Source: an uncultured Bacteriovoracaceae bacterium (GTDB taxonomy: Bacteria > Desulfobacterota > Desulfomonilia > UBA1062). Taken from it: a stretch of 64,000 nt of DNA. A model generated the notes under the pieces. The model worked only from the letters and a program-made list of their open reading frames with translations, searched no databases and was not told the DNA's origin. Location of the stretch: NCBI GenBank assembly GCA_964513375.1, contig CAZEMO010000008.1, positions 85,556-149,555 on the forward strand, read 5' to 3'. Positions 1 to 10,866 of this stretch are shown in pieces (the stretch's first letter is position 1; every line of letters begins with the position of its first letter). Both the position numbers and the translations under genes were made by a program.

Positions 1-309
1 GCACCCATGTATCTGGGAATAAAGGCCGTCCTTGCTGTAACATTTGCCAGGATACATCGTGCTAATCTGATCAACTTCGGCATCCTGCCTGTTACAATCG
101 ATGAGACTTCGTATCAGGCAATCAGGAGCGGAGATAAAATTCTGATATCCGGCATTCTCGGGGCACTTGACGGGACAGGTATTATCAAGATTGAGAACGT
201 CTCATCAGGAAACAGTATTGCAGGGAAGCTCACGGTCTCGGAAAGGGAAGCGGCTTTGCTTAAGAAAGGCGGCCTCCTCAATTATATCAAATCCATGGCA
301 GGTGATTAA
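1..309 (+). CDS. aconitase-family protein, C-terminal swivel domain (5' partial, continues upstream of window)
   Basis: Frame 1 is open from nt 1. The FARIHRANLINFGILP motif and the C-terminal tail resemble the C-terminus of aconitate hydratase. The stop is TAA at 307-309. Confidence 0.5.
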   Translation, partial: APMYLGIKAVLAVTFARIHRANLINFGILPVTIDETSYQAIRSGDKILISGILGALDGTGIIKIENVSSGNSIAGKLTVSEREAALLKKGGLLNYIKSMAGD

Positions 310-311
310 GT

Positions 312-1715
312 ATGACAGAAATAAGGACAAGATTCGCCCCTTCACCGACAGGGCACCTCCATATAGGCGGTGCGAGGACGGCCCTTTTCGCATGGCTTTA
401 TGCAAGGCATACGGATGGAAAGTTCATTCTGAGAATTGAAGATACCGATGCCCTGCGTTCAACCGATGAATACACAGAGAAGATTCTTCAGGCAATGGAA
501 TGGCTCAACCTTAACTGGGACGAGGGCCCTTTCTTCCAGTCAAAAAGGCTGGATATCTACAGGGAATATGTGGATAAGCTTATTGAGAACGACCGCGCTT
601 TCTGGTGTGAATGCACGCCTGAAGACCTGGAGCGAAAGCGCGAGGAAGCTCTTAAAACAGGTGGAAAACCGAAATACGACGGAACATGCAGGCACAAAAA
701 TCTGGGCCCAGGATCCGGCCGCGTTGTCAGGTTCGCCTCGCCCAAAACAGGGACAACTTCTTTTGAAGATGTTATTAAGGGCACGATCAGCATTGACAAT
801 TCCGAACTGGATGACCTCATAATCCTCAGGTCAGACAACATGCCCACCTATAATTTCACAGTCGTGATAGACGATGCGACCATGAATATAAATTATGTGA
901 TCAGAGGTGATGATCATGTAAACAATACCCCCCGTCAGATCGCTCTGTATGATGCCCTCGGTTTTCCTCATCCCGTATTTGCGCATGTCCCCATGATTCT
1001 GGGTTCCGACAAGACAAGACTTTCGAAGCGCCACGGTGCGACATCGGTAATGGCCTACAAGGAAATGGGATATCTCCCCGAGGCTCTCGTAAATTATCTG
1101 GTCAGGCTCTCATGGGCACACGGCGACCAGGAGATATTTACAATGGATCAACTCGTGGAACTCTTTGACATTAAAGATGTCGGAAGAAGTGCGGCAGTAT
1201 TCAACCCCGAAAAACTCCTGTGGCTCAACCACCACTATATAAAAACGGGGGATGTCAAAAGGCTGGCCAAACTTATCAGGCCCTTTGCAGAAGATGCCGG
1301 GCTTAATCCGGGAAATGATGATTACCTTGAACATGTTGTGGAAGACGTAAGGGAGAGAACGCATACCTTGAAGGACATGCTCGATTTCGGCGATTTCTAT
1401 TTCAGGGACATAGATGAATCGCCCGAGCTTAAAGAGAAATTCCTGACTCAGGAAATGATCCCTGTCTTCAGGGAACTGGTTTCAAGCCTCGAGACTGTAA
1501 ACCTTGCAGACAGAAAAGCAACCGAGGGTGTTTTTGCAGATGTCCTTGAAAAATGCGGCATCAAATTCAAGCAGCTCGCCCAGCCCATAAGGGTTGCACT
1601 GACCGGGAAAACCGCTTCCCCCGGATTATTCGAGATCATATCGACACTCGGACCCAGGGTTATTCCGCGTTTGAAAGATGCCCTTAGTTTCATGGAATCG
1701 CGAACCGGCCGATGA
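312..1715 (+). CDS. gltX: glutamyl-tRNA synthetase
   Basis: The N-terminus RFAPSPTGHLHIGGARTALF carries the class I HIGH motif in a GluRS context, and KLSKR-like motifs are present. Length is 467 aa. Confidence 0.93.
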   Translation: MTEIRTRFAPSPTGHLHIGGARTALFAWLYARHTDGKFILRIEDTDALRSTDEYTEKILQAMEWLNLNWDEGPFFQSKRLDIYREYVDKLIENDRAFWCECTPEDLERKREEALKTGGKPKYDGTCRHKNLGPGSGRVVRFASPKTGTTSFEDVIKGTISIDNSELDDLIILRSDNMPTYNFTVVIDDATMNINYVIRGDDHVNNTPRQIALYDALGFPHPVFAHVPMILGSDKTRLSKRHGATSVMAYKEMGYLPEALVNYLVRLSWAHGDQEIFTMDQLVELFDIKDVGRSAAVFNPEKLLWLNHHYIKTGDVKRLAKLIRPFAEDAGLNPGNDDYLEHVVEDVRERTHTLKDMLDFGDFYFRDIDESPELKEKFLTQEMIPVFRELVSSLETVNLADRKATEGVFADVLEKCGIKFKQLAQPIRVALTGKTASPGLFEIISTLGPRVIPRLKDALSFMESRTGR

Positions 1716-2335
1716 TACGGGTCATACCCTTTGAATCGCGCTATTTCAGCCTTCTGAGCTATATACTGGCTGACTATGATAAAGGAGAGTGTCTCATCAT
1801 CGATCCCGCCAGGGAGATTTCTTCATCTATCGAAAGCTCACTTAAAATAAAATCGGTGATCAACACACATATACATTTTGACCATACACTGGGAAATCCC
1901 TTTTTAGGCAGGCTGAGCCTCATAAAAGCACACAAGCTTGAAAATAAACCGCTCTATCGTCTTACAAATACCCTGATATCATCCGTGATGGCCCGCAAAA
2001 AGCCTCCGAAAACAAGTTTTTCGCTTAAGGATGGCGACGAGATCGCTCTGGGCGAGACAATAATTCGCATACTGCATACGCCGGGCCATTCACCGGGTTC
2101 CATCTGCCTTTACTGGGATGGCAATCTTATTTCAGGAGATACGATATTCACAGGGGGAATAGGCAGGACAGACATACCACTCGGAAGCAGCATGTCCATA
2201 AAAAAAAGCCTCGCAATACTTCTCGATCTGCCGGATGACACACTTATCTGGCCGGGTCATGTGTATGGGTCCAGATATCCTGTCACTCTGAAGGAAAACA
2301 GACGGGCAGTCGTCTGGTCTGTGAATTCTCTATGA
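1712..2335 (+). CDS. MBL-fold metallo-hydrolase (glyoxalase II-like)
   Basis: Metal-binding motifs are HIHFDHTLGN and HTPGHSPGS. The ATGA start overlaps gltX. Confidence 0.8.
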   Translation: MIRVIPFESRYFSLLSYILADYDKGECLIIDPAREISSSIESSLKIKSVINTHIHFDHTLGNPFLGRLSLIKAHKLENKPLYRLTNTLISSVMARKKPPKTSFSLKDGDEIALGETIIRILHTPGHSPGSICLYWDGNLISGDTIFTGGIGRTDIPLGSSMSIKKSLAILLDLPDDTLIWPGHVYGSRYPVTLKENRRAVVWSVNSL

Positions 2336-2342
2336 GTATAAG

Positions 2343-2768
2343 CTAATCGAGGGGATTCGGTTTCTTTTTTACAGCTGACGGGTCTTTCAGCGCCTTATCC
2401 AGTTCCATGAAGAGTTCCTGCTTTGACGGTCCTTTTTTCATCATCCCTTCGATCTGGCTGAGTTTAGCCTCTTTTTCAGCTTTGACGCGCATCACCTCTT
2501 CCATCATTGCAGGCGCTTTAACTTCTCTGGGAATGTTTTCAATCAGAAGGTGATCCATTATATAAAATCTCTCTTCGGTTCCGCTAATTGCAGTCCTTAT
2601 AATTCCTGCATCGTCAAGCCTTCTTGAAATTCTTGCGGTTTCTTCCTGGGAAAGATTAAGAGTATCAGCGATCTCTTTTAACGAAGGAGATCTTCCCTTG
2701 CTGTGCTCTAAAATCCTGACTGCGGCGACAAACAGATGCGCCTGCCCATACATTCCCTGATCGTTCAT
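2343..2768 (-). CDS. hypothetical protein, possible winged-helix DNA-binding domain
   Basis: The ORF is 141 aa with no strong family signature. The N-terminal half looks HTH-like (SLKEIADTLNLSQEETARISRRL). Confidence 0.4.
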   Translation of the reverse strand: MNDQGMYGQAHLFVAAVRILEHSKGRSPSLKEIADTLNLSQEETARISRRLDDAGIIRTAISGTEERFYIMDHLLIENIPREVKAPAMMEEVMRVKAEKEAKLSQIEGMMKKGPSKQELFMELDKALKDPSAVKKKPNPLD

Positions 2769-2882
2769 TGAACAAATATATATTTAAAACCATTTAATCT
2801 TGCAATAATTATTCAAGAATGGCACATTCAAAACCGATATAGTATCAAAGTAAAAAACCTGTGCAATAAAGGAGGGTACGAC

Positions 2883-3866
2883 TTGAAGAAGGTTATTCCT
2901 CTAATTATCGGCTTTTCTTTCCTGCTGGCATTCAGTGCGGCCTGGGCGGATGATTCTGAAATAGTTCATACGGTCAAGAAAGGCGACACTCTTTGGGATA
3001 TCTCCAACAAATACCTGAAGACTCCCTGGAAATGGCCACTCGTTTGGGCTGAAAACGACAAGATAACAAATCCACACCTCATTTACCCCGGGGATAAGAT
3101 TGTCATCTTCAGTCAGAATGGCGTTACATCCATAAAAGTTATTCCTTATGACAAGACGTCAGGAGAAAGGATCTTCTCGTTTGATGATTTTGCCAAAATG
3201 AAAGGAAAATCCATTGTTATATCGCCTGAATATTCAACGCTTATCTATTCTGATGCCCCTTTGAAATTGAAGGGGAGCGTTATAAGAAAGGTTGAAAACG
3301 GTGATTTATCCACAGCAGATGACCAGATACTGATCAAAGGTTTTCCTGACGCAAAACCGGGAAAAATTCTGGTAATAAAATCATTGCAGAACGACGTCAA
3401 AGTTGATGATGAAGTCTATGGCTATCTTTATAGAATAGTTGCCCTGGCGAAGGTGGACACCGTAGAAAAGGATATAGCCATCTGCACTGTTACCTATTCC
3501 TATCAGGAGATTAACCAAAACGATCTTGTCGATGATGACATTTCCGGTGTAAAGCCTGTAACACTGAACCTCTCAGAAAACAAAGAATCCAGAGAATCAG
3601 TTATAATTGACGTATGGCACTTTGCGTCAGGCGGTGGAAACGGAGACATAGTATTTATTGACCGGGGGACAACAGATGGCCTCAAGACCGGTGATATCCT
3701 GAATCTTTATAGAGACGTCCCTGTCAAGGACGGGAAGGCTACCAAAGATATAAACGCTTATTCCGGCACAGCTGTGGTTATCCAGGCAATCAAAAAAAGC
3801 TCCATGGTTCTAATAACGTATGCTTTAACTTATGTTGAAGATGGCTTTGTTGCTTCGGGAAAATAG
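2883..3866 (+). CDS. LysM domain-containing secreted protein
   Basis: TTG start with an upstream AAGGAGGG RBS. It has a signal peptide and a LysM motif (VKKGDTLWDISNKY...YPGDKIVI). Confidence 0.7.
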   Translation: MKKVIPLIIGFSFLLAFSAAWADDSEIVHTVKKGDTLWDISNKYLKTPWKWPLVWAENDKITNPHLIYPGDKIVIFSQNGVTSIKVIPYDKTSGERIFSFDDFAKMKGKSIVISPEYSTLIYSDAPLKLKGSVIRKVENGDLSTADDQILIKGFPDAKPGKILVIKSLQNDVKVDDEVYGYLYRIVALAKVDTVEKDIAICTVTYSYQEINQNDLVDDDISGVKPVTLNLSENKESRESVIIDVWHFASGGGNGDIVFIDRGTTDGLKTGDILNLYRDVPVKDGKATKDINAYSGTAVVIQAIKKSSMVLITYALTYVEDGFVASGK

Positions 3867-3896
3867 GCAAATAAAAAAGAAATCAGGGGGATGTCC

Positions 3897-4205
3897 CTAA
3901 TAAGGCATCCCCCAGTTGGATATAATCGAATCTATTCCTCTCGTATCTGTTCTCGTGAATTCAATACCCATACCGTTATCTGATTTCCTTGCAACACGAC
4001 CCTGAGCCCACACTATCCTGCCCATGTTGTCAACATCGATACTTGCAAGGATATAAATCCCGACATCCTGTGGAGTTTCCGTTTGAATAAACATCCCTTC
4101 CTTGCTTATATTGTTCACCTTCCCCCTGCTGTAATTCATTGAATCTCCCATGTATATGACTTTCAGATTTACACTGGTGCGATTACTTTTTCTTCTCTCA
4201 TCCAT
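3897..4205 (-). CDS. PilZ domain protein (c-di-GMP binding candidate)
   Basis: RRKSNR is followed by NISKEGMFI, matching the RxxxR...(D/N)xSxxG PilZ signature. Length is 102 aa. Confidence 0.6.
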   Translation of the reverse strand: MDERRKSNRTSVNLKVIYMGDSMNYSRGKVNNISKEGMFIQTETPQDVGIYILASIDVDNMGRIVWAQGRVARKSDNGMGIEFTRTDTRGIDSIISNWGMPY

Positions 4206-4658
4206 GAAAGATCACCTCCCGTTTTAAAACTTAAAATACTGATATGTTTTATCGGCAAATGAAATCAAAAACTATATTATATACCAGCATTACCATACAA
4301 TATAAAGTTCAACAAGGCATAGTCTTTTATAAAGTATTCTGTGGCTAATGAAAAAGCCTTAACGGCCAGGAGAAAAACAATACTGCTGACTGCGGATCTG
4401 ATGTTATTACATAATAAATTTTCACCATCAGGTGAGTATTGCATTCAGACCGCAGCAGCATAAAATAACTGAAATGAATATGCAATTATGTAGTAATAAG
4501 CAACAGACATGCCAAATGCTATTTTCAGCATAAATATTCTTTAACCTGTTGAAAATGAGGGCCGATATTTTTCACAACAATCGTAATTAACTATTCTGAC
4601 ATGTTGTATGTCATCAACTAATGGAAATCCTGTGCTGCTGAAGGAAAATATTTCGCCA

Positions 4659-5666
4659 TTAATATCCATGAGGGTTCATTAACTGCCAGCGCCATGAATC
4701 CTCACACATCTGTTCGAGCCCCTGTTCAGCCTTCCATCCAAGCTCCCTGAATGCCTTTGTAGGATCTGCGTAACATATGGCAATATCTCCCGGTCTTCTG
4801 CCTGTTAATTTATATGATATTCTTCTGCCTGATGTCTTTTCAAACGCCTTGAGCATATCAAGGACGCTGTAGCCCTGCCCTGTTCCGAGATTGTATATCG
4901 CCACTCCAGGTTTTTCTTTTAACTTATCGATTGCTTTTATATGGCCGATTGCAAGGTCTACAACATGAATATAATCGCGTACACCCGTGCCATCATGAGT
5001 CGGATAGTCATTGCCGAAGATGCTCAGCTCCTTTAATTTCCCGACTGCTACCTGAGAAATGAAAGGCATGAGGTTGTTAGGGATGCCATTTGGATCTTCC
5101 CCGATTCTCCCGCTCTTATCTGCCCCGACGGGGTTGAAATACCTGAGCAGGATTATGTTCCATGAATCATCGGAAGCATGAAGATCCTTCATTATCTCTT
5201 CTATCATATATTTTGTTCTTCCATATGGATTGGTGGGGCCGAGCTTGTCTTCCTCTGTAATCGGGATACGCTCTGGATCTCCATAAACGGTGGCCGAAGA
5301 GCTGAAAACGATATTCTTAACATTTGCACCTTTCATAGCTTCAAGGAGCATAAGCGTTCCGGTAATGTTGTTGTGATAATAGTGAAGCGGAATGGAAACA
5401 GACTCTCCGACAGCCTTCAACCCGGCGAAGTGTATGACCGCATCAATTTCATATTTTGAAAATATCGACCTCAGGGCATCCATATCAAGCAGGTCTGCTT
5501 TATAGAAATCAACAGATTTTCCTGCAAGCTCGCTGACCCGTTTCAATGACTCTTCCTTGCTGTTTGAAAGATTGTCAACGACAACAACTTCAAACCCGAC
5601 CTTTAACAGTTCAAGCACGGCATGACTTCCTATATACCCTGCACCGCCTGTGACTAGAATCCTCAT
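4659..5666 (-). CDS. galE: UDP-glucose 4-epimerase
   Basis: [15 protein letters not shown]ossmann motif, a YxxxK catalytic region, 335 aa. Confidence 0.9.
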   Translation of the reverse strand: MRILVTGGAGYIGSHAVLELLKVGFEVVVVDNLSNSKEESLKRVSELAGKSVDFYKADLLDMDALRSIFSKYEIDAVIHFAGLKAVGESVSIPLHYYHNNITGTLMLLEAMKGANVKNIVFSSSATVYGDPERIPITEEDKLGPTNPYGRTKYMIEEIMKDLHASDDSWNIILLRYFNPVGADKSGRIGEDPNGIPNNLMPFISQVAVGKLKELSIFGNDYPTHDGTGVRDYIHVVDLAIGHIKAIDKLKEKPGVAIYNLGTGQGYSVLDMLKAFEKTSGRRISYKLTGRRPGDIAICYADPTKAFRELGWKAEQGLEQMCEDSWRWQLMNPHGY

Positions 5667-5799
5667 AGACTCCTCCGCTATCTAATTGTGTGTTTTATAT
5701 TCAAATCGGTATATCTGGAAAAAAAGAAAAGAGCTCTTTATAAAAAGAGGCTTCCGTTTTCATCCCGCGGAAGCCTCTGTCATTAACACAAATCAGTTT

Positions 5800-7347
5800 T
5801 TATATAAGAGAAGAGGCAATGAAACACATGCTGCTGCTTCCTCCACTGTCCGAATCAGAACCGGCTTCACTTTCAGCCTGCTGATCGTCGCTGTCTTCAT
5901 GCTCATTGGCGGAGATTATTGCCTGAGCCACTTCAATAGGCATCTTGAAGTACATTTCAACATCCCTGTCAATTTCAGTGCCTTCTTTTAAAGCATCGCC
6001 ATCGTCTTCGAAGTATGGCACTTTGTTCTTATCGACATTCTTAAGCCTGCGCATTTCGCTTCTGATCATTCCCAGGCCGTTACCCATGTCAAATACGGAT
6101 ATATTCCTCCACTCGTGGGGAAACTCGATTATTGCACTGGTATTGATATCCCAGTAGCCTGTTCCGTCCCCGTTATATTCGGCCCTTATTTTATTTACAT
6201 GTGTATGGCCGTTCACATAGGCAATGAGGTTCTTTTTAGCCATAAGCGCCTTTTTGAACTCGACACCGGTAACATAATATTTGCTGTTGTTCCTGATCAG
6301 CGGCCAGAACCAGTGAGGTCCGTGATGTGCGAATATAATGCAGAGCTTGTCCTTGTTTGCATCGATATCATTAAGGGCCCAGTTCGCCTGCTCGATGGAA
6401 AGAAAACCCAATGAAAGATTTTCAGTCGGCCTGTCGTTGCCGTTCTTCTCATATGAAAATTCGCAGGTGTTCAAGGCAATGCAATGAATAAAGGGCGCGG
6501 GATCAAATGTATATGCGCCCTTTACTTTACCGGTATCGCCGTTTTCCTCATCCATCTTGTAACCGAAATGTCTGCCTTTTTCGGAATTAATAAATATATC
6601 TATCATGTCATTAAGATAATTCATCTCAGATACATCTATTCCATAAGCAATTTCCTTTACCAGTAGACCGATAATGCCGTCTGTATTGAATGACCCCATA
6701 TATTCGACATCATGATTTCCCGTTGTTGCATAAAAATCAGTTTTAAGCCCTTCGAGCAGGAACCCGTCTTCGATATTCTCCCCGGAAGCTTTCCTGGGAA
6801 CATATGTCGCCGGTTCATCGATATTGTTATCTCCGTGATTTTTAAAGGGTGATACTATATCGCCTCCGTCAATAAGGTCGGCAAATATTTGATATTCAGG
6901 GGTTATTGAGGTGTCTGAAAAGTCGCCTGTAGCTATCATGAAATCAAGTGTTTTAATGGTATTCGCTGCATTGATATCTTCGATGACATATTCCCATAGC
7001 AGTGCCGAATAAGGACCGATAGGCCTGTCTGCCAAGGATATCGATCTGAGCAATTTACCCAGATCTGTCTGATCTTTATTGTCTATCTTTAATTCTTCAG
7101 CCCTTAAGGGATTGCCTTCATCGACTATATGAATGTCGGTCGTCTGGGCAAAATCGAGAAGCTCAGCTTTGACTCCGGTAGCCGCGGCAGAATCCGGTGC
7201 AACCGTACAGCCTTTATCTTTGCATAGATAGCGCTGAGGCAGAGCTGCATCGAGGATTGCAGCAGGTAACATGCAGAAGAGTGCTAAAAACAGACCTGCT
7301 TTAAGACAGCGTTTTGACAGGTTCGAGAAATCAATAAACATATTCAT
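5800..7347 (-). CDS. secreted calcineurin-like metallophosphoesterase with acidic Ser/Asp-rich C-terminal tail
   Basis: Signal peptide, then metallophosphoesterase motifs GDFSD, GNHD and GHTHVN. The C-terminus reads EDSDDQQAESEAGSDSDSGGSSS. Confidence 0.7.
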   Translation of the reverse strand: MNMFIDFSNLSKRCLKAGLFLALFCMLPAAILDAALPQRYLCKDKGCTVAPDSAAATGVKAELLDFAQTTDIHIVDEGNPLRAEELKIDNKDQTDLGKLLRSISLADRPIGPYSALLWEYVIEDINAANTIKTLDFMIATGDFSDTSITPEYQIFADLIDGGDIVSPFKNHGDNNIDEPATYVPRKASGENIEDGFLLEGLKTDFYATTGNHDVEYMGSFNTDGIIGLLVKEIAYGIDVSEMNYLNDMIDIFINSEKGRHFGYKMDEENGDTGKVKGAYTFDPAPFIHCIALNTCEFSYEKNGNDRPTENLSLGFLSIEQANWALNDIDANKDKLCIIFAHHGPHWFWPLIRNNSKYYVTGVEFKKALMAKKNLIAYVNGHTHVNKIRAEYNGDGTGYWDINTSAIIEFPHEWRNISVFDMGNGLGMIRSEMRRLKNVDKNKVPYFEDDGDALKEGTEIDRDVEMYFKMPIEVAQAIISANEHEDSDDQQAESEAGSDSDSGGSSSMCFIASSLI

Positions 7348-7453
7348 CCTCCTCTCTGAATAAGATAATCATATAACAACCGGTAATTCTGCAATTTATT
7401 TTCAATGAAACATGACAGAATTTTATAGTCAGATGTTCTTTCATTTGACATTT

Positions 7454-8017
7454 TTAAATGATTTTCAATATTTCAGGCACATGCCGTTCAGATGCCTGTG
7501 GAATGGACACCGGATATCCGAGTATGATGGGCGCTACGATGGTGCAGTCATCAGGAAGCCCGATTGTATCAAACAGGGACGGATCTCTGATATTGCCGCC
7601 AAGGGCGATCCAGCATGTTGAAAGCCCTCGATCGGTGGCCGAGAACATGAAATATGCAGCTGTTAATGCACTATCCACAGCAAGGGAAGAGCTGGATTCG
7701 GGTCCTGCTATCAGAACGAGACAGGGTGCATTGTAAAAGACGTTGAAGGTTTTATCCTTTAAGATGTCTGCATACATACTCAAAGTTGAGCCGGGATTAT
7801 TTCTTATATCATCAAGAAGGTTTCTTTTGCTTTCATCGGATATCTGTTTAATAAGATTCCGATCCCGGATAATGATGAATTTGCATGGCTGGGCATTACT
7901 TGCTGTGGGTGCAAGAGTCGTGTCCTGAATAATCTCTTTGATTGTTTCAAGCGGCACATCTTTGTTTTGAAAATCCCTTATGGCCCTTCTGTTTTTTAAG
8001 AGTTCACTGAAAGTCAT
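7454..8017 (-). CDS. nitroreductase family protein
   Basis: RRAIRDF...PTASNAQP is the nitroreductase signature. Length is 187 aa. Confidence 0.8.
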   Translation of the reverse strand: MTFSELLKNRRAIRDFQNKDVPLETIKEIIQDTTLAPTASNAQPCKFIIIRDRNLIKQISDESKRNLLDDIRNNPGSTLSMYADILKDKTFNVFYNAPCLVLIAGPESSSSLAVDSALTAAYFMFSATDRGLSTCWIALGGNIRDPSLFDTIGLPDDCTIVAPIILGYPVSIPQASERHVPEILKII

Positions 8018-8078
8018 AGTATACCTCCACAGCCTTTTCCTTTTGCACAGGGTCCTCGATAGAAAATGTGCTCCAGGA

Positions 8079-9236
8079 CTAATCCACTTTTACAAGCGAA
8101 CCGGCGGCCATCAATATAAATGCGATTACCACCAGCGCCTGAAAGACAGGCTTGCCAAACAGGCCGAGCTGCCACTCCGGCTCTTTCACTTCACCCTGCT
8201 TTTTAACGATATTATAAAGCGGGACCATCATTATCACTATGAGGATGGCTATCGTTCCTCCTGCAATCTGCATGAATCCAAGAAAATCGGTGGCCCTGGA
8301 AATAACAATGATGAATGAGGGGAGTGTCGCCACAAGCCAGGACAGCCTCTGTCCCCAGCCAAGCCTTTCCTGAACAACAACTGCCAGGGCAAAAGATACC
8401 GACCAGTATGTTGTGAGCATTGCAAGGAGAACGAAAATTGAACTGAAATATTTTATCCAACCGCCAACAGAATTTGCCAGACCGTTCATGGCAAATCTCG
8501 TTACCGAGTCAGAAGCGCCTATACAGATCATGACAATGGTAAATATGATGATGCAGTTTAATGCCATACCGAAGGCTACGGCCTTCGGTATGAGCTTTTT
8601 GTTCCATGAAAGCCCTTTTACAACCTGGGGAACAGAGAAAAGGGCAAAAAAGCTGAACATCATCATACCGAAAAGGGCCATCTGATATTTGAACGCCCCT
8701 ATAACCTCAGGCCTGAATGAAAGACCATGTCTGATGGAAGCAGCCAGCAGGATTATTACGAATATAAATATCGCCGTCACACCGTACTTTTCGCTGATGC
8801 CTATGGCTTTAAGGCCAAAGAACACAACACCCGCCGCAATGAGATAAACAATGCAGTGAGCGGCCCATAGGGGAATGGCAGGGAAAAGGTTATTGATGTT
8901 CTCTCCGCCGCCCGCGATAAACGCAGACAGGCTCGCTATAAATGACAGGACTATTACGGCAAACAGAAACCACAGTATATACTTTGTCACTGCTCCCTTC
9001 AGCATGTACTTGCTGAACAACTCGATTATCTGTTCGTTCCGGCCGTCTCTCAGCATAATTTCGGCGGTCATCAGATGGAATATCAGGCTGATGCCGAATG
9101 CCAGCAGCAATATGATGATAGTGGGAATAATACCGGAAAGTGAGGCCAGGTATGGTGCGGCCATAACCCCTCCTCCTATGCCGTATCCTGTTACAATCGA
9201 AGATGCCTCCAGAAAAGTCAGGTTTTTATTCTCCAT
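8079..9236 (-). CDS. amino-acid permease-like integral membrane protein (aromatic amino acid transporter family candidate)
   Basis: About 11 hydrophobic segments. The N-terminal EASSIVTGYGIGGGVMA motif resembles the TnaB/Mtr/TyrP family. Confidence 0.5.
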   Translation of the reverse strand: MENKNLTFLEASSIVTGYGIGGGVMAAPYLASLSGIIPTIIILLLAFGISLIFHLMTAEIMLRDGRNEQIIELFSKYMLKGAVTKYILWFLFAVIVLSFIASLSAFIAGGGENINNLFPAIPLWAAHCIVYLIAAGVVFFGLKAIGISEKYGVTAIFIFVIILLAASIRHGLSFRPEVIGAFKYQMALFGMMMFSFFALFSVPQVVKGLSWNKKLIPKAVAFGMALNCIIIFTIVMICIGASDSVTRFAMNGLANSVGGWIKYFSSIFVLLAMLTTYWSVSFALAVVVQERLGWGQRLSWLVATLPSFIIVISRATDFLGFMQIAGGTIAILIVIMMVPLYNIVKKQGEVKEPEWQLGLFGKPVFQALVVIAFILMAAGSLVKVD

Positions 9237-9380
9237 AATATAATCCTTTCAAAAATAAATTATTGAATAAACAGCCCGAAATGTTTTCTTAATCAATAAA
9301 ACAGTAATTCATATATTATCTTTGCGATGTTAAGAATATAACCCGTAGCCAAGCAATGACAAATAAAAAAATTCAGGGCA

Positions 9381-9412
9381 TTAAAAAAGCACCTTAAAAG
9401 GCGCTCTTTTTT
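9381..9412 (-). terminator. intrinsic terminator downstream of ahcY
   Basis: On the minus strand, AGCGCCTT-TT-AAGGUGCU forms an 8-bp stem with one G-U pair, followed by UUUUUUAA. Confidence 0.5.
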
Positions 9413-10866
9413 CAGTATCTGTAATGATCGGGTTTGAACGGACCCTCGGGTTTAATCCCAATATAATCCGCCTGCTTCCTTGTAAGCTTTGTAAGCTTTA
9501 CCCCGAGCTTATCTAAGTGAAGCCTTGCAACCTCTTCGTCAAGAGCTTTGGGCAGCGTGATGACATCAATCTTATGTCTGTTCGACCAGAGTTCGATCTG
9601 GGCAAGAGTCTGGTTTGTGAAAGAGTTAGACATCACAAAGGATGGATGGCCGGTAGCACACCCAAGGTTCACCAGCCTTCCCTCTGCAAGAAGGTAAATC
9701 GAGTGCCCGTCAGGGAATATATATTTGTCCACCTGCGGTTTTATGTTCAGCCTCTTGATGCCTTTTTTTGTGTTTAGTATGTCAACCTGTATTTCATTGT
9801 CGAAATGGCCGATGTTGCACACAATAGACTGATCAAGCATTTTTCCCATATGCTCAAGCGTAATCACTTCGCAGTTGCCGGTTGCTGTTACAAAGACATT
9901 GGCCTCTTTCAGGGCATCCTCAACGGTCAAAACCTCAAATCCTTCCATGGCCGCCTGAAGCGCGCATATAGGATCGATCTCGGTAACAAGAACCCTGGCG
10001 CCAAAACCGTGCATGGATTTCGCACAGCCTTTCCCGACATCGCCGTATCCGCAGACACACACGACTTTCCCTGCAATCATGACATCGGTTGCACGCTTGA
10101 TGCCGTCTGCAAGCGATTCCCTGCAGCCATAGAGATTGTCGAATTTGCTTTTGGTTACCGAATCATTCACGTTGATAGCAGGAAAAAGCAGCTCTCCCTT
10201 TTCTTTCATCTGATAGAGCCTGTGCACGCCTGTCGTGGTTTCCTCAGAGATGCCTCTTATCTCCTTGACCATCCTGTGCCAGAATGTTTTATCTTTTTTC
10301 AACTGCCGCTTGAGGATATCATTTATTATTTGAAGCTCTTTATTCTCAGTAGGCTCATCTAAAATTTTCGGATTCTTCTCGGCATAATAACCCCTGTGTA
10401 TCATGAGCGTTGCATCGCCGCCGTCGTCAACAATCAGATTGGGCCCTGTTCCTTTAGGAAAGCTGAGGGCCTGAAGCGTACATTCCCAGTATTCCTCAAG
10501 CGTCTCGCCTTTCCATGCAAATACCGGCGTGCCGGTAGCAGCAATACCCGCAGCTGCATGATCCTGAGTTGAAAATATGTTGCATGATGCCCATCGAACA
10601 TCCGCGCCCAGATCTTTCAGCGTTTCAATAAGGATCGCCGTCTGGATCGTCATATGAAGACTGCCGGTGATCCGCGCCCCTTTAAGCGGCTTTTTTTTCG
10701 CGTACTTTTTCCTGAGCGCCATCAGTCCCGGCATTTCATGTTCGGAAACCTCGATTTCTTTTCTTCCGAAACCGGCGAGTGACATATCAGAAACCTTGCA
10801 TGTAAGCCCTGAATAATCCAGCATATTCATATTTGTTTTCCGGGCCATTATTTGCTCCTTTATCAA
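9412..10866 (-). CDS. ahcY: adenosylhomocysteinase
   Basis: 484 aa. It carries the SAHH signatures ([11 protein letters not shown]..., an NAD-binding GYGDVGKG). Confidence 0.93.
   Translation of the reverse strand: MIKEQIMARKTNMNMLDYSGLTCKVSDMSLAGFGRKEIEVSEHEMPGLMALRKKYAKKKPLKGARITGSLHMTIQTAILIETLKDLGADVRWASCNIFSTQDHAAAGIAATGTPVFAWKGETLEEYWECTLQALSFPKGTGPNLIVDDGGDATLMIHRGYYAEKNPKILDEPTENKELQIINDILKRQLKKDKTFWHRMVKEIRGISEETTTGVHRLYQMKEKGELLFPAINVNDSVTKSKFDNLYGCRESLADGIKRATDVMIAGKVVCVCGYGDVGKGCAKSMHGFGARVLVTEIDPICALQAAMEGFEVLTVEDALKEANVFVTATGNCEVITLEHMGKMLDQSIVCNIGHFDNEIQVDILNTKKGIKRLNIKPQVDKYIFPDGHSIYLLAEGRLVNLGCATGHPSFVMSNSFTNQTLAQIELWSNRHKIDVITLPKALDEEVARLHLDKLGVKLTKLTRKQADYIGIKPEGPFKPDHYRY

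Noticed and set aside
4206-4658. tRNA or sRNA gene in the 450-bp AT-rich spacer upstream of galE
   Set aside because: There is no cloverleaf-compatible sequence or T-loop (GTTCGAATC-like) motif, and only a loose inverted repeat. It is probably promoter DNA.
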